From Caecitellus pseudoparvulus (taxonomy: Eukaryota; Protista; Bigyra: Bicosoecida), in the NCBI GenBank assembly GCA_965644315.1, contig CBFFRQ010000034.1:1-64000 (forward strand): a stretch of 64,000 bases of DNA, written 5' to 3'. Made by a program: the position numbers and the translations under genes. Positions within the stretch are counted from its first letter, which is position 1; each line of letters begins with the position of its first letter. The notes under the pieces were generated by a model, which worked only from the letters and a program-made list of their open reading frames with translations, was not told where the DNA came from and made no database searches. Positions 1-10,900 of the stretch are shown here, piece by piece.

Positions 1-811
1 ACGCCTCCCCGCACTCGCCACGCAAGGACTGCCACCACACACTCCACAGCAACACACGACCCAACGGCACACCCGCCACCAACCACAGCACGCTCACCAC
101 ACAAGGCACCACCAGCGCCGGCCAATGGTGCCACGACACCAGCACAGGCACGCCGCCACCCACCCACGCCAGCACCAGTGCCGCAGACCCCAGCCCCAGC
201 AGCTGCCAGTCCAGGGTGGGGGACCACACTGCACAGGGCGGCAGGCCCGCTTCGGGGTGGGCTGGGTGTATGGCTACGCCGTCCAGGCGGCCGCGTGTGG
301 CTGTGGTGTACGCAGTGGCGATCTGGCTGGTTGTGCGGCTCCACCCGACGCTGTACTGCTCGCCCTTGAAGTCGTACCTGGGTGTGGGGGGTGAGGCTGG
401 GTGGAGGGTGTGAGTTGGGAGCGGGGTGTGGGCGGGGGTACGCACCACATGATGATGGAGTAGCAGGCAACGTGTTTGTCTCCTCTGAGGAAGGGCAAGG
501 ACATGTGGTTGTGCAGGTATCTGCCTTGAAAGTGCAGGAGTACACACTTTGATGAACTGGCGATCCAGCGTTGGGAAGAAACACAAGTAGCTGGCACGAC
601 AAGGAAGTCCCGTTGCCGTCTCAGTCTTCCCCACTGCCAGGAAGGAGTGGTGCCGTGTCTTGTGGTGCCGTTGAGCAGTGCGGAAATTCACTGCAGTGGG
701 TCAACGTACTGCGCCGCTGTCCCAGAAGAGCTGCATCCAGACCAGGCAGAGCAGAGTGCACAGTCCAAAACAGGCACCCATAATGATGCCAACGTCATCT
801 TTGCTGAGCAT
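1..811 (-). CDS. DUF3592-like membrane protein, array copy 1 (3' end outside window)
   Basis: Exons 811-710, 633-548, 484-446, 377-<1 with GT-AG introns of phase 0,2,2. Spliced: MLSKDDVGIIMGACFGLCTLLCLVWMQLFWDSGA/WGRLRRQRDFLVVPATCVSSQRWIASSSK/GDKHVACYSIIMW/YDFKGEQYSVGW... Confidence 0.75.
680..688. promoter_or_regulatory. Recurrent motif GCGGAAATT/AATTTCCGC in intron 1 of the array gene (also 1921, 3162, 4403; variant GCGGAATTT at 5665)
   Basis: Read directly; lies in intron 709-634. Function inferred only. Confidence 0.55.
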
Positions 812-1041
812 CGTGCGGCAGTGGTGTTCGTGGCGGTTGCACAGGCTAGGTGGATTGGATGGCTCGGAGCCGGGCACGTCAGGGAGTCTCGGACGCTTTC
901 TTTGGTACAGGAGGAACTGCACAGACTTAACTTTGCCATGCATTACTTGGCTTGGCAGTGATCTGTCGCGCAGGGTGCGCAGTTTTGCTTGAAGCTGGTG
1001 TGAGCGTCGAGAGGGGCTCCACACTGGGGGGCCAATCAACC

Positions 1042-2052
1042 TCAGTCAACCCAGGTTTGAGTTCTGCGGGTCGGCGTCACGGCTGCCTTGGTGGCGCGCT
1101 TCAAACTCAACTTCATGATTCTGACTGACTTCTGCTTCGCACCTTCTCCGTAGGTGCCCCACCAATTTGCAGGTGGGGGTGCAGGGCGCAGCAGTTTCCG
1201 AAAGTTCGCTCTGGACACAGGCCACCCATCTTCATCCACAAACGCCTCCCCGCACTCGCCACGCAAGGACTGCCACCACACACTCCACAGCAACACACGA
1301 CCCAACGGCACACCCGCCACCAACCACAGCACGCTCACCACACAAGGCACCACCAGCGCCGGCCAATGGTGCCACGACACCAGCACAGGCACGCCGCCAC
1401 CCACCCACGCCAGCACCAGTGCCGCAGACCCCAGCCCCAGCAGCTGCCAGTCCAGGGTGGGGGACCACACTGCACAGGGCGGCAGGCCCGCTTCGGGGTG
1501 GGCTGGGTGTATGGCTACGCCGTCCAGGCGGCCGCGTGTGGCTGTGGTGTACGCAGTGGCGATCTGGCTGGTTGTGCGGCTCCACCCGACGCTGTACTGC
1601 TCGCCCTTGAAGTCGTACCTGGGTGTGGGGGGTGAGGCTGGGTGGAGGGTGTGAGTTGGGAGCGGGGTGTGGGCGGGGGTACGCACCACATGATGATGGA
1701 GTAGCAGGCAACGTGTTTGTCTCCTCTGAGGAAGGGCAAGGACATGTGGTTGTGCAGGTATCTGCCTTGAAAGTGCAGGAGTACACACTTTGATGAACTG
1801 GCGATCCAGCGTTGGGAAGAAACACAAGTAGCTGGCACGACAAGGAAGTCCCGTTGCCGTCTCAGTCTTCCCCACTGCCAGGAAGGAGTGGTGCCGTGTC
1901 TTGTGGTGCCGTTGAGCAGTGCGGAAATTCACTGCAGTGGGTCAACGTACTGCGCCGCTGTCCCAGAAGAGCTGCATCCAGACCAGGCAGAGCAGAGTGC
2001 ACAGTCCAAAACAGGCACCCATAATGATGCCAACGTCATCTTTGCTGAGCAT
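1042..2052 (-). CDS. DUF3592-like membrane protein, array copy 2 (4 exons)
   Basis: Exons 2052-1951, 1874-1789, 1725-1687, 1618-1042. N-terminal TM helix, beta-rich loop (VVPATCV...YSIIMWYDFKGEQY...VAIHPAHPEA), then two hydrophobic helices; this pattern resembles DUF3592 proteins (family call by eye). Confidence 0.78.
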
Positions 2053-2282
2053 CGTGCGGCAGTGGTGTTCGTGGCGGTTGCACAGGCTAGGTGGATTGGA
2101 TGGCTCGGAGCCGGGCACGTCAGGGAGTCTCGGACGCTTTCTTTGGTACAGGAGGAACTGCACAGACTTAACTTTGCCATGCATTACTTGGCTTGGCAGT
2201 GATCTGTCGCGCAGGGTGCGCAGTTTTGCTTGAAGCTGGTGTGAGCGTCGAGAGGGGCTCCACACTGGGGGGCCAATCAACC

Positions 2283-3293
2283 TCAGTCAACCCAGGTTTG
2301 AGTTCTGCGGGTCGGCGTCACGGCTGCCTTGGTGGCGCGCTTCAAACTCAACTTCATGATTCTGACTGACTTCTGCTTCGCACCTTCTCCGCAGGTGCCC
2401 CACCAATTTGCAGGTGGGGGTGCAGGGCGCAGCAGTTTCCGAAAGTTCGCTCTGGACACAGGCCACCCATCTTCATCCACAAACGCCTCCCCGCACTCGC
2501 CACGCAAGGACTGCCACCACACACTCCACAGCAACACACGACCCAACGGCACACCCGCCACCAACCACAGCACGCTCACCACACAAGGCACCACCAGCGC
2601 CGGCCAATGGTGCCACGACACCAGCACAGGCACGCCGCCACCCACCCACGCCAGCACCAGTGCCGCAGACCCCAGCCCCAGCAGCTGCCAGTCCAGGGTG
2701 GGGGACCACACTGCACAGGGCGGCAGGCCCGCTTCGGGGTGGGCTGGGTGTATGGCTACGCCGTCCAGGCGGCCGCGTGTGGCTGTGGTGTACGCAGTGG
2801 CGATCTGGCTGGTTGTGCGGCTCCACCCGACGCTGTACTGCTCGCCCTTGAAGTCGTACCTGGGTGTGGGGGGTGAGGCTGGGTGGAGGGTGTGAGTTGG
2901 GAGCGGGGTGTGGGCGGGGGTACGCACCACATGATGATGGAGTAGCAGGCAACGTGTTTGTCTCCTCTGAGGAAGGGCAAGGACATGTGGTTGTGCAGGT
3001 ATCTGCCTTGAAAGTGCAGGAGTACACACTTTGATGAACTGGCGATCCAGCGTTGGGAAGAAACACAAGTAGCTGGCACGACAAGGAAGTCCCGTTGCCG
3101 TCTCAGTCTTCCCCACTGCCAGGAAGGAGTGGTGCCGTGTCTTGTGGTGCCGTTGAGCAGTGCGGAAATTCACTGCAGTGGGTCAACGTACTGCGCCGCT
3201 GTCCCAGAAGAGCTGCATCCAGACCAGGCAGAGCAGAGTGCACAGTCCAAAACAGGCACCCATAATGATGCCAACGTCATCTTTGCTGAGCAT
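2283..3293 (-). CDS. DUF3592-like membrane protein, array copy 3
   Basis: Copy 2 shifted by 1241 bp; Tyr->Cys in WWGT[Y/C]GEG. Confidence 0.78.
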
Positions 3294-3523
3294 CGTGCGG
3301 CAGTGGTGTTCGTGGCGGTTGCACAGGCTAGGTGGATTGGATGGCTCGGAGCCGGGCACGTCAGGGAGTCTCGGACGCTTTCTTTGGTACAGGAGGAACT
3401 GCACAGACTTAACTTTGCCATGCATTACTTGGCTTGGCAGTGATCTGTCGCGCAGGGTGCGCAGTTTTGCTTGAAGCTGGTGTGAGCGTCGAGAGGGGCT
3501 CCACACTGGGGGGCCAATCAACC

Positions 3524-4534
3524 TCAGTCAACCCAGGTTTGAGTTCTGCGGGTCGGCGTCACGGCTGCCTTGGTGGCGCGCTTCAAACTCAACTTCATGA
3601 TTCTGACTGACTTCTGCTTCGCACCTTCTCCGCAGGTGCCCCACCAATTTGCAGGTGGGGGTGCAGGGCGCAGCAGTTTCCGAAAGTTCGCTCTGGACAC
3701 AGGCCACCCATCTTCATCCACAAACGCCTCCCCGCACTCGCCACGCAAGGACTGCCACCACACACTCCACAGCAACACACGACCCAACGGCACACCCGCC
3801 ACCAACCACAGCACGCTCACCACACAAGGCACCACCAGCGCCGGCCAATGGTGCCACGACACCAGCACAGGCACGCCGCCACCCACCCACGCCAGCACCA
3901 GTGCCGCAGACCCCAGCCCCAGCAGCTGCCAGTCCAGGGTGGGGGACCACACTGCACAGGGCGGCAGGCCCGCTTCGGGGTGGGCTGGGTGTATGGCTAC
4001 GCCGTCCAGGCGGCCGCGTGTGGCTGTGGTGTACGCAGTGGCGATCTGGCTGGTTGTGCGGCTCCACCCGACGCTGTACTGCTCGCCCTTGAAGTCGTAC
4101 CTGGGTGTGGGGGGTGAGGCTGGGTGGAGGGTGTGAGTTGGGAGCGGGGTGTGGGCGGGGGTACGCACCACATGATGATGGAGTAGCAGGCAACGTGTTT
4201 GTCTCCTCTGAGGAAGGGCAAGGACATGTGGTTGTGCAGGTATCTGCCTTGAAAGTGCAGGAGTACACACTTTGATGAACTGGCGATCCAGCGTTGGGAA
4301 GAAACACAAGTAGCTGGCACGACAAGGAAGTCCCGTTGCCGTCTCAGTCTTCCCCACTGCCAGGAAGGAGTGGTGCCGTGTCTTGTGGTGCCGTTGAGCA
4401 GTGCGGAAATTCACTGCAGTGGGTCAACGTACTGCGCCGCTGTCCCAGAAGAGCTGCATCCAGACCAGGCAGAGCAGAGTGCACAGTCCAAAACAGGCAC
4501 CCATAATGATGCCAACGTCATCTTTGCTGAGCAT
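3524..4534 (-). CDS. DUF3592-like membrane protein, array copy 4
   Basis: Copy 3 shifted by 1241 bp. Confidence 0.78.
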
Positions 4535-4764
4535 CGTGCGGCAGTGGTGTTCGTGGCGGTTGCACAGGCTAGGTGGATTGGATGGCTCGGAGCCGGGCAC
4601 GTCAGGGAGTCTCGGACGCTTTCTTTGGTACAGGAGGAACTGCACAGACTTAACTTTGCCATGCATTACTTGGCTTGGCAGTGATCTGTCGCGCAGGGTG
4701 CGCAGTTTTGCTTGAAGCTGGTGTGAGCGTCGAGAGGGGCTCCACACTGGGGGGCCAATCAACC

Positions 4765-5802
4765 TCAGTCAACCCAGGTTTGAGTTCTGCGGGTCGGCGT
4801 CACGGCTGCCTTGGTGGCGCGCTTCAAACTCAACTTCATGATTCTGACTGACTTCTGCTTCGCACCTTCTCCGTAGGTGCCCCACCAATTTGCAGGTGGG
4901 GGTGCAGGGCGCAGCAGTTTCCGAAAGTTCGCTCTGGACACAGGCCACCCATCTTCATCCACAAACGCCTCCCCGCACTCGCCACGCAAGGACTGCCACC
5001 ACACACTCCACAGCAACACACGACCCAACGGCACACCCGCCACCAACCACAGCACGCTCACCACACAAGGCACCACCAGCGCCGGCCAATGGTGCCACGA
5101 CACCAGCACAGGCACGCCGCCACCCACCCACGCCAGCACCAGTGCCGCAGACCCCAGCCCCAGCAGCTGCCAGTCCAGGGTGGGGGACCACACTGCACAG
5201 GGCGGCAGGCCCGCTTCGGGGTGGGCTGGGTGTATGGCTACGCCGTCCAGGCGGCCGCGTGTGGCTGTGGTGTACGCAGTGGCGATCTGGCTGGTTGTGC
5301 GGCTCCACCCGACGCTGTACTGCTCGCCCTTGAAGTCGTACCTGGGTGTGGGGGGTGAGGCTGGGTGGAGGGTGTGAGTTGGGAGCGGGGTGTGGGCGGG
5401 GGTACGCACCACATGATGATGGAGTAGCAAGTCACTCGTTTTAGACCACTGCAAGAGGGGCGCAGGCGTACAGGTGGACGCAAGGCACAGCGCCACGCAA
5501 GGCACACGGCAGTTGCTGGCGCACTCGACTGAACTGGCTTCCCAGGTCTTGGCCACCGCACAAGTGGCGGGAACGACAACACCATGCAGCTGTATGCGAA
5601 TTCTTTGCAGCTGAGAGGGGCGGGGGTGTGTGTGCTGCTGCAGAACTGGAGGTCTTGTCCGACTGCGGAATTTGAGCAGGCAACGCACTGGCTTGCTGCT
5701 GATGAACAGCTGGACCCACAGAATGACAACTAGAGTCAACAAGCCGAAACACAATCCCATGAGAACACCGACGTGCTCAGGAGAAAGGATGACCTGGTTC
5801 AT
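4765..5802 (-). CDS. DUF3592-like membrane protein, terminal copy with divergent exons 1-2 and identical exon 4
   Basis: Exons 5802-5689, 5610-5525, 5448-5410, 5341-4765. MNQVILSPEHVGVLMGLCFGLLTLVVILWVQLFISSKP/LQRIRIQLHGVVVPATCAVAKTWEASSVD/GLKRVTCYSIIMW aligns residue for residue with the array copies; exon 2 (86 nt) and exon 3 (39 nt) have the same lengths. Confidence 0.8.
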   Translation of the reverse strand: MNQVILSPEHVGVLMGLCFGLLTLVVILWVQLFISSKPVRCLLKFRSRTRPPVLQQHTHPRPSQLQRIRIQLHGVVVPATCAVAKTWEASSVECASNCRVPCVALCLASTCTPAPLLQWSKTSDLLLHHHVVRTPAHTPLPTHTLHPASPPTPRYDFKGEQYSVGWSRTTSQIATAYTTATRGRLDGVAIHPAHPEAGLPPCAVWSPTLDWQLLGLGSAALVLAWVGGGVPVLVSWHHWPALVVPCVVSVLWLVAGVPLGRVLLWSVWWQSLRGECGEAFVDEDGWPVSRANFRKLLRPAPPPANWWGTYGEGAKQKSVRIMKLSLKRATKAAVTPTRRTQTWVD

Positions 5803-6024
5803 GGATCAAGCGATGATGTGAGGCTGAGGCAAGCACTTGGGAGGCTTGAGCACTCCCCTTCACGGAACCACAGAGCTGCCAAGCGACAGGATCGCATGCA
5901 TTTGAGACAGGTTTCTGGCGCACTTCAAAAGCAGAGGGCTGCTGTAAGCGCAGCTCCCGTGCCGGAGTGCTTTGTTTTGGCAAAGCAGGACAGGTGAGCA
6001 ATGCTGTCCATTGGTTGGGCGCCT

Positions 6025-6636
6025 TCACTTGCGCGCCAGGCCAGCGGCTAGGTGCACCCCCCGCTCGAGCCATTTTGCATCGCGCCCCTCTGGCATGATG
6101 AGACAAAAACATTGCTCGTCCCCCTGCACCGCCACAGCTCGTCGTGCTTCCTCCTCGTCTAGCCCTGCCACCTGCACGTCGTACTCCTCTGCAGGCGTCA
6201 CAGCCAGAACGCCCACCACAGCGACTCCAGCGAGAGGCATTCCCTTCCTTGGTGCCGCTTGAGGCGTGTTGGCGCTGTTGGAGGTGGGGCTGCGGTCATT
6301 GCCCTCTTCCGGTGGTGCCGGCCACACTTGCAGGCGCAGCATGGGCATTTCCGAGGCGCTGCCCGGCAGCGGATGCGGCCGATCATAGTAGTGGCCCATG
6401 CCCAGACACAGCCTGGCCGCATGCCGGACTGGCGCCGCTTTGCCGCCTTTGCCAGCCTTGGCACCAGTCACGAGGCTTGCGGCGGCGGCAAGCCATGATG
6501 TGGTTTGTGGAGCCCCCTCCGCGAGAATAACTGGTAGGCCTGCATCCATCACGTCCAGGAACTCGTCCAAGGCCTTACGGTCATCCTCATCTGCCTGAGA
6601 CGTGCCAGGGGGTTGAGGGCCTGGCTGCTGGGCCAT
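6025..6636 (-). CDS. Hypothetical protein, 203 aa, possibly PH-like fold
   Basis: ATG-started ORF with protein-like composition (DDRKALDEFLDVMDAGLPVIL...AVAVQGDEQCFCLIMPEGRDAKWLERGVHL); the strand-strand-helix C-terminus is only suggestive of a PH domain. Confidence 0.55.
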   Translation of the reverse strand: MAQQPGPQPPGTSQADEDDRKALDEFLDVMDAGLPVILAEGAPQTTSWLAAAASLVTGAKAGKGGKAAPVRHAARLCLGMGHYYDRPHPLPGSASEMPMLRLQVWPAPPEEGNDRSPTSNSANTPQAAPRKGMPLAGVAVVGVLAVTPAEEYDVQVAGLDEEEARRAVAVQGDEQCFCLIMPEGRDAKWLERGVHLAAGLARK

Positions 6637-7907
6637 CGTGGAGGTTGGCGTGTTGGGCGCGAGCTGAGCAGCAACGGTGCTCCGTGTGTGAGACTTGGGA
6701 CGCAGGGCAGGGAGGATTGAGGCTTGGTAACCGTGGCAGGCGTGAGGACAATTTATTGTCTTGCATTATAAGATTTGACCCCAAGAGTAAATGGAATTTT
6801 CCCTTGGAGGGCTTGCAGTGTGATTGTGTACGAGGTTGTCTGACTGGCTCGAAACGCTGGCGAAACGCGAGCTGACGTAATCCCGCAAGTGAGGGCTACG
6901 ATGGCCACAGCAAAAGGAATGGCTTCTTGAGAGGTGTAACCTGAAGCACTGTAAAGCTTCTCAAAGCAACACATCTGGCGTGCTTGCATTGTGGATGCAC
7001 CGATTGTGTCTGTTGGTGGGTCGGCCGGCCACCACCAAGCGATGCTTTGGACCTCATTTTATCGCTGCATGAGCTGCGGCCGCGCACAGAACCCTTTCTG
7101 CGGAGCCTGGGCCCCATGACAAACTATGTATGATGCCCTCTCGCAAGCCAAGGGTGCTTGAGCCGTCACTTGGCGGTGAATGAGGCTGTGAAGAGCAGCG
7201 CGCAAGCCGCTCGCTGCGAGCTCGGCAAGGGTCGATCAGAAGCGATGATCAGGGGGTTCATGAATTCGTGGGCTACCCTGTGCTGTTCTCTTCAGTGAAG
7301 AGGATTGTGCTAAGTGCGCTTTGATGGCTGTGCGGGGAGCGTGTGGTGAGGAGGGGGGGGTATTTGCGGCAGGCAAGTCCTTGAAAAAGTGTGTGGGGCG
7401 AGCTTTTTCAAGGACTTGCAGGGGGTATTCGGGCACCTGCAGACGCCCCACAGGCTACATGCAACGCTGGCCGGAGCATTTATGTAGCGCACTCACTTTC
7501 ATTCTTTCGAGCATTGTCTCACTGGGGCAGCTTACGTGCCTGAGCATTGCATTTATCCCTTCTCTCTGCAATCGAGCTTGACTCCAAGTGCGATGGGCGC
7601 GGCCTTTCCCTCTCGTTCCAGGTGAGTTCTGCAGCGAAGGCGCGCTGGAAGCGGTGGAGCGAGCCACCCCTTTCGAGTCTGCAAGAATAGCACCGCCAAA
7701 CCGGTTGCTTGCACTTTGGTTGTGTGTGTTTGGGCAAGTTGATGGGGCTTGGGCGGCACAGCGCCATCCGCGCCTTTCCCAGCGAAAGTGGCCAGCTCGC
7801 AGCCGCGCCCTTGGGCATCGCAGTTGCTAAGCATGACGCACAAGCCCTTTGTCAACTGATGTCTTAATCAGATTTCCATTGTTTGGCGCGATGCTCCCTT
7901 CCACAGG

Positions 7908-10900
7908 ATGTCCGTGGCGTCGGCAGCCGAGCCGCTTGCCTGCAAGCGGCGCACGCTCGGCGCACGTTCCAGCACCGTGCTTTGGCCAGCGGCGCGGCGC
8001 CTCATCGATCTTGTGACGCTTACAACGTTTTTTGCATTGTTCGGAAACGTGGCCGCGGGCATTCCACCCTCATGCACCATGGCGGGCTCCACGCTCAGCG
8101 CCTGCACTGGCTGCGCTGGCATGGAAGAGGTGGTCATCTCTGGTGCAGGCGTCACCGCCATCGCGCCCACCGCCTTTTCCGCCCTGAACTGCACACAATC
8201 CCTGACGCTGCGAAGTCTGAGCATCACCTCCTTGCATGCGTCGGTGCTGACGGGCATGGCGAACCTGACGTCGTTTCGAGTCGAGGCGTGCCCCATCGCA
8301 ACGCTTCCCACTTTCGAGCCTCTCAGCAGCTTGCGAGAGGTGTGGTTGGAGAACGTCGGACTGACGTACCTGGACTGGGTATGGTTTCAAGACAACCCGA
8401 CCATCGTCAACATGACCATTCGGGGCTCCAAAGTGCAAGGGCTTTCGTCTGTGGCTCCCATGTCGTCGCTGGCGTCGCTGGAGATCTCCCACAGCCTCTT
8501 GAAAGACTCCTCCGGCCTGATCATCCCCCTGACTGCGCCACTTACCAAGCTAGACCTGACAAGCAACCTGATCAACACAATCTCTGCAAGTGCCTTCTTG
8601 AATGTGGCCTCCACACTCGAGCACCTGGACCTCAGCGACAATCCCATCTCCACCATCGAGTCTGGCGGCTTCCACGGCCTGAGCAGCGTGAAGACCTTGC
8701 GCATGCACAACGCGCAACTTACGAGTATCGGCGCGTCGCTGCTGCCTCTGACAAGCCTTGAGTTGCTGGACCTCTCGGGGAACACCCTGCGCAGCAGCCC
8801 CCGCCAGGGCCAGCTGTCCACCACCCTCACGCACATAGATCTCAGCTCCAACGCCCTGCAGACCATGTTCCACGACGCCTTTGGCTTCTTGTCAGCACTT
8901 GAAGTCATCGACCTGTCTCACAACCCCCTCAGCGCGCTGCCGGAGACCCTCTTCACACACACAACTGGCCTGGTTTCCCTGGACCTGCGCGGCACACGGG
9001 GCCTCCTCCTGAGTGAGGCACTTCTGGCGCCTCTGGCCAACCTGCAGCACCTGTACATTGCAGGGGCGTCCACGCCGTTGACTGAATCTGCAGCCTCACA
9101 ACTGCCCATTCTGCAGACTCTGCATGTGGAGTCCTCCTCCGCGTTCAACGTGAGCAATGGCGTGCTGTCGCGCTTCACCAACCTGACGAGCTTCACGTGC
9201 CGTGCCTGCCGCGTGCATGAGCTTGCCAGCAATATGTTCCAGGGCCTGAACAGCCTTGAGTCCATCACCATTCAACAGAGCGGGCTGCATGCCATCGAAA
9301 ACGGTGCTTTTGCAGGCCTGCCTGCGTTGAGGCATTTGGACTTGTCTTGGAATAGGCTGACTGTCATGGGGTCGGGGGTGATGACAGACTTGGACGGGCT
9401 TACTCATCTTGACCTAAGCCACAACGGTTTGTATCTCCTTTCAACGGCATGGAACGCTCCAGATTTGGTGCACCTTGATGTGTCACACAATACCTTCACT
9501 TGGTTTCCAGTTCGTCCATGGAGATCCCTCACAGATTTTGACGTGTCTCATAACCTTCTTCCCAGCACCCCCCCGACGTGGCTTCAAGGACTGGACAGCC
9601 TCGAGAGGCTCAATCTGTCCCACAACCCGATTACAGATGTTGGCTACAGTTCGTTGAACTGTGGAACTGCGGGCCCTGGTCTCTCCATTGACCTCTCCTT
9701 CACTTCCCTTGTACTCTTCCGGTCCAATGCCGTTTTCACCGCTCCAGTTTACCGTGTGATTCTGCGCGGTACGCAAATGGTCACACTGAGCAGCGGAAAC
9801 CTGAACAAGTTCGCCACTCTGCCATTGATCGAGCTGGACCTGTCTGACCTCTCCCTGACCGGCTGGCCGCTTGAGAACTGCGCCGGATTTTCTCTGCAAG
9901 TGCTGCGCATCAGCAACTCCAACCTCTCTTCTATTCCTTCCACTGCCCAACCTTGCTTTACCAATCTCAGCCAGGTGGACCTGAGTGGCAACAACCTGAA
10001 CAGCGTGCCAGCCTTCGTGGGAGCCTCACAAGCACTGGAGCTGCTGGACCTCAGCGGCAACGGGCTGGGCACCCTACCGAGCGGCTTGCTCACGCCAAGT
10101 GGGGAGGCCTTGCAAGTTCTGGACGTCAGTGGCAGCTCATTTTCGCACTTGACACTGTTGAGTGCTCTCACTCACACCTTCCAGCTGAGGGAGCTGCGCG
10201 CATCCAACTGCTCATGGACGGACTTGAGCGTCCTTGAAGACGTCTTGGACTTGTGTCGATCGCTGCGGTCACTGACACTCTCAGGGAACCCGTTCACGTC
10301 TTGGGCTGTGCTGAATGGGGTGCACCTTCCTCCGGGACTGCGGGAGCTGGACATGCGTGACGCGCGCTTGCTGGACATGTACTCGCCATTTTGGACGCAT
10401 GCCAATCTGCTGGAAGGCCTCATGCTGGGCGGCAACCTGCTTACGCACGTGCCTGCCACTGCATTCACCGGCTCGCAGCACTTGCGCCAGTTGTCGTTCG
10501 AGTGGAGCACGGAGTTGGACTCCGTGGTCATGGACGCCCAGGCATGTCCCTGCAGCCTGGACCTCCTGTCACTCCAAGGCACGCAGGTGGCGAACATCAA
10601 TGCTGCATTCTGCGCCAGTGGGCCGCTGGAGCTTGACGCGTCGAGCCTGCCGAGCGTCAGCGAAGTGACGCTCGACGCTTCCCAGACGAGGCTGCGGGCT
10701 GCTACCATTCCAGAGCGCCTGTACTCGCACGGCTTCGACGCGCTGAAGGACGCACCTGCGCTGCAGGCAATTGAGATGGCAAACCCAGCTCAGTCTGCAG
10801 CTTCGTACCTTCCGGACTTGACAGCGGTCACAGCCGTCACCCTCGCTGACTCTCACGTCCTCACCATGCTGGGCCCCGACTTGGCTGTCTTTGCGGGGCT

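Larger units (their letters stand above)
1..5429. repeat. Tandem array, 1241-bp unit, about 4.4 copies visible, running off the left edge; each unit holds one complete gene plus a ~230-bp spacer
   Basis: ORF track and sequence recur at an exact 1241 offset (701/1942/3183/4424; 1042/2283/3524/4765). Identity stops at ...GGAGTAGCA (5429). Only one variable site noticed (ccgTagg at 1151 and 4874 vs ccgCagg in the two middle copies; Tyr/Cys). Confidence 0.97.

Noticed and set aside
1042-1932. 296-aa and 345-aa (4765-5802) unspliced ORFs as the real proteins
   Set aside because: Their N-terminal parts read through introns; homology between divergent copies follows the spliced frames.
1-5429. 1241-bp array as a transposon, LTR element, rDNA/5S/spliced-leader array or CRISPR
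   Set aside because: No transposase/RT/integrase motifs, terminal repeats, recognisable RNA gene or repeat-spacer structure; the unit is explained by a spliced protein gene plus spacer.
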